A stretch of DNA of 62,342 bases, the filler included, from Globobulimina sp. (lineage: Eukaryota), in assembly GCA_003354225.1 (NCBI GenBank). It is 35 parts of 35 records of this genome, joined end to end, with 100 filler letters (N's around TTAATTAATTAA, not from the genome) between each part and the next. Parts side by side here need not be neighbours in the genome. Positions count along the whole stretch, not along the records: positions 51,745 to 53,427 come from PIVH01013165.1; positions 53,528 to 55,210 come from PIVH01013166.1; positions 55,311 to 56,993 come from PIVH01013167.1; positions 57,094 to 58,776 come from PIVH01013168.1; positions 58,877 to 60,559 come from PIVH01013169.1; positions 60,660 to 62,342 come from PIVH01013170.1; 29 more parts are not named here. One strand, given 5' to 3'. The notes under the pieces are model-generated. The model worked only from the letters and a program-made list of their open reading frames with translations. It made no database searches and had not been told where the DNA came from. Shown piece by piece: positions 53,298 to 62,342 of the stretch; the stretch's first letter is position 1; every line of letters starts with the position of its first letter. A program made the translations under genes and the position numbers.

Positions 53298-55413
53298 ACA
53301 CATTTAAGTGATTCAACAAACACTGTCAAACAGTTTATCCTTGCACTCAGTCAGCGATCTCGAAAAATGCTATTTGTATACACTACATAGTATAATGATT
53401 TTACTAATTCTTATTCACTCTGAAAAGNNNNNNNNNNNNNNNNNNNNNNNNNNNNNNNNNNNNNNNNNNNNTTAATTAATTAANNNNNNNNNNNNNNNNN
53501 NNNNNNNNNNNNNNNNNNNNNNNNNNNATAAAAACTGCTTTTGATAGTTGCATACGCTATGTAACTATCAAAAGCGATTTTCAGATGATATGAAGTACAC
53601 TTCGAATTTAAAATTGAAGAACGGACATAAATTATATAAATACAAACCAAAACATGAACCAAACAAAACAAATTTAAATGTAAAATGTGTGGCACAACAG
53701 AACAGAAAATTTAATGAAAAACAAGAAATTGTTCAAAGTAGTCAAAAAGAGACACAAAATCATATATATGAACTCATGGGTTTATAAATCCTAAAAGCGC
53801 TGACATAATTTTTCATTTATTCTATTTGATTGATTATAGTTTATTCTTATTTTCTGAAGGGTAGAGATTCAATAGAATACACAATGTGTTGATATGATAC
53901 TGTTGTCATTTGTTTTGCGATTGCAAAGATAAAAGTAAAAAACAATCACAGACACGTGCTATGTAACAGCATCAGTGTGAACTAGATATGTTTGGAAAAT
54001 GTCAAGACAAATAATGATGATGAAATTTGTTCGCAATGTGGACATAATTATTGATAAAATTTGCTGTTAACTATTCACTGTTTTAATTGTTTTAATTTAT
54101 AACAAGTGTTTTAATTGTTTTTAAACTAAAAAAAGAAAAAAAAAAGAAGAAAAAAGATTCCTCTAACTAAAAAAAATTCTTCTTGGGTTTTTGGGGCCTG
54201 CCCCCTCCTAGGTTAACAATGTGCGATGTAGCACCTTTTATTATATACGTTATGATGTTATATAAGCTTTTATAAAACATCTCATCACAAATTAAATAAT
54301 AAGTATAATAATAAAACATCTCATCACAAGTAACTAAATAATGATAAATATTGCTAAATAGGACCAATTCTGAATGATTATGGTTCGTATTTTACAAATG
54401 ATCGAAGATAAACAGAGCTATCTTTATCTTGAAATGCAACCATTGTTAGAAACCGCCCATTCGTTATATTGACACACAAACAGCGGGAACAGTGTCTGCA
54501 TTGCTGCAACATCTAAATAATAAACTATACTTTTTATAAATACTCACAAGATAACGGTCAGAATTTCAATACTGGAATGAAAATGGACTGCTTATGGCCC
54601 AAATAACATTTCCTGTTTTCATATCTAAAGCTTGTAAATCGTTGTTACTGTCAAATATTATGCAAATATTGCAGTTATTCTACAGAAGACATGACCATCT
54701 GTGCTGTAAATTAAATATTCTACATCACAAAGAATAGGATGTTGTGATTCAAGCATCAAATCTTTGCTAAATCTGTATAATGTCACAGTGGATATATCGT
54801 TCGAATGATTGCTTTATGTTTGTTATTAATATCTGTTACAATAAAAATATTTCAATTGGAATACAAATAAGGGAGTCACATAAACATACAACAATATCAA
54901 ATTTATTCTTGTTGCAGTTATTATTATTATGATTATCACCATTCCCATTTGACTTTTTGCTTCCTGCAAAATGGTCGATGGAAACGTACAGCATAAATCA
55001 CCAGCATAAATCTTTTTGCTTTACTGAATAATCACCAGCATAAATCTAAATATATCCATAATGGCCCTGGATTAATAATGCAGTTGGCCCTGGATTAGCA
55101 TTCACGGGATTAATATATAAACAAACGGGATTACTGACGTGCACCATTATTACCGTATTTTGAACAATTCTGTCATGCATAATATCCATTACTGTGGTGG
55201 AAAGCATCCANNNNNNNNNNNNNNNNNNNNNNNNNNNNNNNNNNNNNNNNNNNNTTAATTAATTAANNNNNNNNNNNNNNNNNNNNNNNNNNNNNNNNNN
55301 NNNNNNNNNNAAACAAGGAATTGGACCAAAATAATTCGACGACTTGCAGCCAGTTCTGGGCAAATCCGTCTCCTGTAGTCGCCCTTGTACTAAGTTTTTA
55401 GTTAAACACAACC

Positions 55414-56832
55414 ATGGCAGTTAAACATTTGCTTGAGCTACACACCACAGATAATATAATCATCGCGGATCAAATTGTTGCATTATTATCAGCAACATTT
55501 CTAATTATTATTCTACTTTGGGTGATTCTAAACTTTAAAAAAGAGCAATCGCTCAGCAAACCACTGTCACTCTCTTGCATTGTCTCAATAACATGTTTCA
55601 CATTATTTGCATTGATAGGCAGCATTGGTTGGACCAACGTAATATTTCCAATCTCGCCATTAAGCTGCAAAATCATCTATCCCTTAGGTTTAATCAATTA
55701 CAATATCGCCAAAATATCCATGTATTGGTTATTTACTTTAAGAATACAAGTCATATTTGAACATTCCGCCTTGGCATATAATGCAAACTTATTACTTATA
55801 TATCGAATGATTGCCGCTGTAATACCGTCCATCTTATGGTGCATATGGATATATTTATCATTTATCGATCTGAAACCGCATAAAGTAACTATCTATTCAC
55901 ATTGTTTTCCGCTCACATTCCGCAATGTAGCCATGGCCTCACATATAGCCGGTGCTTTAGCATGGAGCGATTTGATATTCTCCGCAATCGCTGTTTATAT
56001 GTTTATATACAAACTGTATCAAGTGACCCACTTAGCAAATGATAACATGACCGATAACGCAGCAAAAAATAAGCTAAGACACTCTCTATTATCCCCTACT
56101 AAAATCAACCAAAAATGGATGAACACCATACGCAAATCCACGGTGTTGTGCATAATCGCGATAGTATCGACATGGTCATATGTCTTAGGCACCGCATATA
56201 TACTGAGACAATGCGGTTTTTTTATATCATTTGATGGCGTAATTAATGCAATATGTCTATCGTTTTTGTTTAATTTTGCAAATAAATATTATAATAAATG
56301 TTTTAGAAACACTTTTGAACGATGTTGTATTGATATAATATGTTGTTGTTATTGGTGTAAAGAGAAACATAAACACAAATCAATGGGTGGTGCCACGGGA
56401 GTGTCAATAAACGCAGATAAGAATTACGATGTTGTAATTGTGTCAAATGCGGATGATTTAAATGATTTTAGTCTTTCCAGCAGCGAAGATATCTATAATA
56501 ATGATGGTGACATTGAAAATATGTTAATGAAACCGACTGTGGATAGTGATGCCATGGAACATATTGAAGATGATAGTCATGACACTGTAATGGCGGCAGC
56601 TTATGTAAGTCCAATTTATTCAATGATAACAGAAAAGGAAAAAATAAATAAAAAAAGAAACAATGCATCATTTTCAGGGAGTGAATCAAGTGTTACCTTT
56701 ATGTTATTGGATATGAGTGAAGAGGAAAATAATGATGATGATGATGAATATTATGAGGGAGATCAGGTCATTGATGCGTTAAAAGAAGAGGATGATGATG
56801 CGGCACAAATAGCGGATGATGAGCAAGACTGA
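55414..56832 (+). CDS. 7-TM GPCR-like receptor with palmitoylation-type Cys cluster and acidic tail
   Basis: Seven hydrophobic segments, Cys at the start of TM3 (LSCKI), and CCIDIICCCYWC after TM7. Confidence 0.75.
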   Translation: MAVKHLLELHTTDNIIIADQIVALLSATFLIIILLWVILNFKKEQSLSKPLSLSCIVSITCFTLFALIGSIGWTNVIFPISPLSCKIIYPLGLINYNIAKISMYWLFTLRIQVIFEHSALAYNANLLLIYRMIAAVIPSILWCIWIYLSFIDLKPHKVTIYSHCFPLTFRNVAMASHIAGALAWSDLIFSAIAVYMFIYKLYQVTHLANDNMTDNAAKNKLRHSLLSPTKINQKWMNTIRKSTVLCIIAIVSTWSYVLGTAYILRQCGFFISFDGVINAICLSFLFNFANKYYNKCFRNTFERCCIDIICCCYWCKEKHKHKSMGGATGVSINADKNYDVVIVSNADDLNDFSLSSSEDIYNNDGDIENMLMKPTVDSDAMEHIEDDSHDTVMAAAYVSPIYSMITEKEKINKKRNNASFSGSESSVTFMLLDMSEEENNDDDDEYYEGDQVIDALKEEDDDAAQIADDEQD

Positions 56833-57839
56833 ATGTACTTAATTATGACTGACTGTATAATATTTGTTGTTGTTTGTTGATCAAAATAGTGAGTTTTTAC
56901 TTTTTAATTTAATTTAATACATTAGGTGAAAGGATACGCGTACATTGGATTCACATTTCAAATTATTCAAAAATCATGTCTTGCCCCTTTACGNNNNNNN
57001 NNNNNNNNNNNNNNNNNNNNNNNNNNNNNNNNNNNNNTTAATTAATTAANNNNNNNNNNNNNNNNNNNNNNNNNNNNNNNNNNNNNNNNNNNNATTCAAT
57101 CTTTTTAATGATAAAAACACTTTGCTACACTCATTATGTGTACAAGTTAGTGTATGTTTAGTAATATTAAAATTGGTCAAAATCCGATCCAACTGTTTTT
57201 TAGGTGCTTTTTTACTGTGTTTTGCAGCAATAATTGCCGGTGGTATAAAGCCATGAATCTGTATTTGATGAATAATCATTGTTGGTCGATCCACAAATAT
57301 TTCCATGCAATCATGACAGCAAACGACTTAAAAATAGTGTTTTCAATAGAAATTATTATATGAGAAATTTCCAGAAAAATTTCCTTTTTGGATATAACAT
57401 ACATGTAAATCGACAGAGAGAACGATGTTTATTTATTTCATTGAGATTTTTCTCGATCAATGCAGCACATACACATTTTGTATGGTTATTTGTGATAAAT
57501 GTATTGCTTTGATTGAGTGTATGATGCGATTTAATGCATTTTAACTGGGGCTCAATAGGGACGGCGATTGACGTCAAATGTGATGTGCTTGAGATGGCAT
57601 GGTTGCGCTATCGGCGTGGGTCTGTTGTTTGTGTTTATTTTGTATTTGTATTGATTTGTATGTCATTTTTAGGTTTGTGATATAGGAGGAACATACAATG
57701 AAAACATCATAGAATTGGTTGCAATGATATGTATGGTTTAATCACTAGTTGAAATACAAACGTCAGGACTATTGTGACAAAAGATGTAAAAAACTTTAAG
57801 GTAACTAAAAAAGGAAAGCTATGACGCGACACACATCAA

Positions 57840-58776
57840 TTAAAAGCTTGGTATAATATTTAATTTTTTATTTAATTTTTTATCTATTTTTAATTCCATA
57901 TCTGTCAAAGATTTTACATTTTCTTCTTTCGACATATATTTATTTATAACGTCAATAATTTCGTGATCAATACCTTGCAATTCCGTACCGTTACGACGTA
58001 GATATCCATATATAATCAGTTTATTATTACATTCCACGTTTTTACCTTTATATTTTAAATTTTTTATAAACTCTTTCATAAATAATTTATATTCATCTTG
58101 TTTATAATTTTGTAATTTCAACTCAATAAAACTAACTAAATCACGATATATATCATAGTTTTTGAGTTTCTTTGTATTAATTAATGAGATGATATAACAA
58201 TTTAACTCATTGATATCATGATAACTTTTTTCAACTTTGAGCCATAGTTTATATATTTTCATTTGTTGTTTCATGCTTTGATTCATGAAAAACGATAAAG
58301 CATAATTCCTAAATAAGTCGCAAACAGTTTGTGAATATCCCGGTCGATCACCGCCGCCTTGTTCAACAAACAATTCTCTTTCGAAGAACCACTGATATAT
58401 ACAATGCCGAACATTTTTTTCTTTTTCAATGTACGGAATACCAACATAAATATACTAAACATAATTATTTCAAATGTTGAATTACAGACTGTATTATTTC
58501 TATTTTGTTTCCGGTATATTCAACATTTGAAAGTTTCCAAATGTTGCAGTATGAGTACAAGTCTGTACAACCTTGAATTTTCTTAACAATTTATTGCATA
58601 TTCTTGCTATTTTGTTATAATCATTATATTTTAATAACTCTTTGTCAAAAAAGCGTTTTGCGAAATATATTGGATTGGGATTATTGTTATGCGCGGATTG
58701 TAGCGAATTTTGTGGTGGTATTCTATCAAATATTACATCATAAAACGAAGAACGATCAAAATATGTCGGCAAAAAA
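57840..58776 (-). CDS. Hypothetical multi-exon protein with C-terminal GY-module; 5' truncated
   Basis: ORFs 58500..58772 and 57840..58373 lie on the same strand, separated by AT-rich intron-like DNA. Exact splice sites were not resolved. Confidence 0.55.
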
Positions 58777-58877
58777 NNNNNNNNNNNNNNNNNNNNNNNN
58801 NNNNNNNNNNNNNNNNNNNNTTAATTAATTAANNNNNNNNNNNNNNNNNNNNNNNNNNNNNNNNNNNNNNNNNNNNA

Positions 58878-59514
58878 TTCAAAACCAATTTTACCGATCC
58901 GGGAATAATAGAGAGAGCCTCACAAAATTATCCTATGTTTGGTCCGCTAAATGAGTTCGATAGATTTTGCAGTACATGCAATGTTATAAGAGCATCAAAA
59001 GCAAAACATTGCTCAATTTGTGATAACTGTGTGAATGGATTTGATCATCATTGTATGTCGCATATTCGCCACATTATTATTATATAAATTAAATACATAA
59101 TACATAGGTCCTTGGGTAGGAACATGCGTCGCCGCACGTAATCTTCGTTATTTTGTTGGATTTTTAGGATGTACCGGTTTACATGCAATGCAAATCGGTA
59201 TTGTCTGTTTAGTAAATTTATTTGTATCGAAATTAAACATTTCAACCACTATTGGTTTAGTTGATATTGTATTGTTAATATATACCGCAATTATATCGTG
59301 TATGTTATTGGGAATGAGTGGCGATTATTTTGTTATGATCGGAAATGGATTAACATTAAATGAAAAAATAAAGTATGGACATAGAGTTTTAACATCTGCC
59401 GAACAAGAGACTGAAGCGAGAGAACAACAATCAAATAGAAACACATTCTCTCGCAATATTTGTACTTCATTCTGTTATCCATTGGCTCCGTCTGATGTGT
59501 TTGAGTCAGCTTGA
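58878..59514 (+). CDS. DHHC palmitoyltransferase, 5' truncated; intron 59053-59107
   Basis: [52 protein letters not shown] across a 55-bp GTATGT..ATAG intron, and GLTLNE (TTxE-like). Confidence 0.93.
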
Positions 59515-59845
59515 TCGAATTACTGATATATCACAAAAGTGATGAAACGATTGTATGCAATTATTTATTTAGTTGTAATCTATAACGCATTTATTTACAC
59601 CATTGTGATAAAACCAGATAAGTATATTGCAACTTACAACCAATATAGTAAATTCTTAACATTACATGAGGTTCAATGACAACTACAGCTTCTTGAGTTT
59701 CTTGCAAGTACATGGATAATATAAATGCTCCCAACAAAAGTGATCGACGAAAGTTATACAATATGGATATAAACACCTGTCAAGATATCAATAGTATGTA
59801 CTATGTACACTCACATATCATATAAATAAACCAACTGCTCCAGAT

Positions 59846-60559
59846 ATGGATGATGCAACTCATACAAATCCAAATCATAACAATACCAATGAGATTACTA
59901 TAAATTCATTTAGCCCATCAGCCAGTGCTACGTTGCCTACTTTGCGACAACGCAGTTCCACATTTTCAACAGACGACGAACATAAAAACAATGACAATCA
60001 CAATTCAGATACTTCGGAATACACCGAGGCACAACAAAAATTTAATTACCATTACAATTTATTGGTTTATATGTTAAGTAACTGTTACATATGTGGTATG
60101 TTTGTTTATTTACATACTTAATTTTCATTAATCAAAGGCGACATCCTCAACAACATGCTCGTATTGCTTATGATGCTCAAATATCTGCAATATTTATATC
60201 AATTTGGTGTATGTTTAATATGTTTTTTGGGTTTTCAGCAAACCCATCATCACAATTAATATTAATACCAACGACCATCGGTAATATTAATATAAATCCA
60301 TTGAGCATAGCAGCACAAACATCAAATATTGAGAAATTGTATCATCGTCAGGAAATATTTTATAATTTATTGGTTTTCTTAATAGCAATGCTGGTGATTC
60401 ATAAAGATATTTATATGTGTTCTGCACAACTTTGTATGCCAATGTATGTACTGTCTTTCACTGTCACTGTCACTGTCACTGTCACTGTCACTGTCAGTAT
60501 GTCTTAGATCAGAATCATCAGATTAGATATACACAACACAGGTTACTTCTTTTCAATTT
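59846..60559 (+). CDS. Multi-exon membrane protein of unknown function, 3' truncated
   Basis: N/S/T-rich first exon, then hydrophobic segments in ORF 60091..60507. Confidence 0.45.
60459..60497 (+). repeat. (CACTGT)n hexamer microsatellite
   Basis: About 6 copies directly visible. Confidence 0.9.
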
Positions 60560-60660
60560 NNNNNNNNNNNNNNNNNNNNNNNNNNNNNNNNNNNNNNNNN
60601 NNNTTAATTAATTAANNNNNNNNNNNNNNNNNNNNNNNNNNNNNNNNNNNNNNNNNNNNT

Positions 60661-61567
60661 AATGCAATCATTGGTTTGGCCAACGGGACATCAGCGGGTT
60701 GGGGCAATGTTGGTGGTGATTCTTTCATTTGCAAATTGCAAGGTTGGCTACAAACATTTGGCGCAGTCTCTATGGGGCTGTGGTTTGTTACAGTTAAAAT
60801 TACAATATTTCTAAATCTCTGTTTGATTTTTTAATAAAAACAGTACTGTATATTTTCAGATTGCTGCAGTTTGTATATCGATTAAAAAATGTAGTGTTTG
60901 GTGGAAAACGAAAACACTAAACGACATTAAAAAAATGGAAATAAAACTCATTGTTTCTGTAGCAGTGTTTGCCTTTATTTGTGCCTCTGTGCCATGGAAT
61001 TATTATTCTTATGGAGGTGGATGGTGTTGGATATCTGCGGATAAAATAGGAACTTTATTTCGTTATTTATGTTATTATGGATGGTTAATGGCATGTTTAT
61101 TGTTTACAATAATTGTTTACTGCGAGTTATTTCGTATAATACGAAATGAGGATAAATTAATTCAATGCCAATCTGAAGAGAGTACTAATCATAGCATAGC
61201 CAGTACAGATACAGAGAGAGTAAATGCAATGTCAGTGGAATCTCCGCAAAGTGTAGCTCCATCGATATTGGATACTAACAAAAGACGAAAAAGAATGTTT
61301 GAGCAAATGAGGCTGTATCCGTGGGCATTGATTATTGGTCAAGGACCGGGTGCATGTCGGAGAGTTCTTGAATTAATTTCTGGTGAACCTGCACCTTTTA
61401 CATTGGTTGTAATTCACGCTCTCTGTTCTGGCTTATTTGGATTTATCACCGCCATAATTTATGGCACAAAAACTTGGCAAATCTATAAAACACAATTTCA
61501 ACTCATGTTTTGCAGCAATATATATGATGATGAAAGTCATGAAACCGTGCATAAGGTAGTTGTGTAA
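60661..61567 (+). CDS. cAMP-receptor-like (CAR/GCR1-type) GPCR, 5' truncated; probable intron 60793-60859
   Basis: ICKLQGWLQTFG..LWFVT-IAA (TM3), GGWCWIS (ECL2), LYPWALII (TM6) and GLFGFITAIIYG (TM7). Confidence 0.88.
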
Positions 61568-61836
61568 ATCTTTTCCGTGAGAATTTGTGTGATTCATTGT
61601 TGTACTTTAGAACATTCATTTATTTGAAACAGATTTAGTATAGCATTACATCTTGAAAATGTAGCTTTTCAACTAAGATTAAAACTTTCAAATTCACCAC
61701 TAAAATCGAACGATATCGGCATAGAGTTACATGTGAAACATATTGAGATTATTGTCCAAACGAAACGTACGAGGCTACAAAGCAAAAAAGTAAAATGTAT
61801 TTTTATACACAAAATAAAAAAATAAGAAAAATATAG

Positions 61837-62342
61837 TCACATCACTAATAAAAACGCAGTCAATTTATAGATATTTGTTTTATTAAAAAGAAATTTACTT
61901 GCTAAGATTTGAGAGCTAAATGGAATTAAATCTCTCAAATCAATATTAATCATAGCCTCATCCGTATGATCCAATGATATTATCTTATTTGTATTATTTG
62001 GTGCTGATACTCTTAAATTATTAATAAATGCTAATGTAAAGCCAAATAATTGATATTTTGATGTGGTTTGTAATAAAATCCATTCATTATCACCAAACAT
62101 TTGCTTATTTTGTATCCATATTTCATAATAAAATGTTGCCATGTTTTTTGATTTTCTATCAGGTGTTATAGATATTTGTTGATTATATGGTAATATTATA
62201 TCATTCTTATTTTCTTCTTTTTCTTCCTTTATTTTTAGTTCTTTGACCAATCGATTTAATACAACGCCGCCAGTCACAGCCTGATGATATAAGATATTAT
62301 GTTGTTTTATGAGAGATATCCATTCATTCTTTGGTTGCACAC
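61837..62342 (-). CDS. Hypothetical protein fragment
   Basis: Frame is open from the window end for 167 aa. Confidence 0.45.
   Translation of the reverse strand, partial: VQPKNEWISLIKQHNILYHQAVTGGVVLNRLVKELKIKEEKEENKNDIILPYNQQISITPDRKSKNMATFYYEIWIQNKQMFGDNEWILLQTTSKYQLFGFTLAFINNLRVSAPNNTNKIISLDHTDEAMINIDLRDLIPFSSQILASKFLFNKTNIYKLTAFLLVM

Noticed and set aside
1687-60659. Regularly spaced TTAATTAATTAA motif as a biological repeat or CRISPR-like array
   Set aside because: It is always embedded in N44 runs with six-frame stops, so it is an artificial joiner. Cross-linker gene clusters and ORFs ending in XXX-LIN or XXX-N are artefacts.

Overview
This window is not one locus. It is 35 short contigs of about 1,683-1,686 bp, apparently sorted by decreasing length, joined by an artificial 100-nt linker (44 N + TTAATTAATTAA + 44 N), so gene neighbourhood is meaningful only within a contig. 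Most contigs are very AT-rich eukaryotic DNA with short GT-AG introns, mostly 55-115 bp. They encode Sec24, GCN1, a mitochondrial ferredoxin, a DHHC palmitoyltransferase, a DYRK-type kinase, a divergent G-alpha, GPCRs, and F-box, SET, SAM, SPRY and ubiquitin-like proteins. The gene style suggests a protist, most resembling foraminifera/Rhizaria (inference from recall, not a search). Bacterial DNA is mixed in: an integron cassette array with three attC sites (nitrilase fragment, dCMP deaminase, BrnT/BrnA), a recF fragment, an FG-GAP/VCBS repeat gene and a phage-like fragment. The most interesting signals are (i) the integron array, with a stand-alone deaminase cassette, a probably leaderless TA cassette and an attC with a shortened spacer; (ii) a recurring, unnamed 'xxGY[L/V/A][R/K]...[P/D]xxI/VxxxIxxY/F' module in four unrelated eukaryotic genes, three of them directly before a SPRY domain (candidate F-box/SOCS-box-like E3 adaptor); (iii) head-to-head paralogues sharing an unnamed ~70-aa domain, one containing an 18-bp micro-exon; (iv) decayed copies of LeuRS and gelsolin with micro-duplications; and (v) several cross-kingdom junctions inside contigs, which are probably amplification or assembly chimeras.
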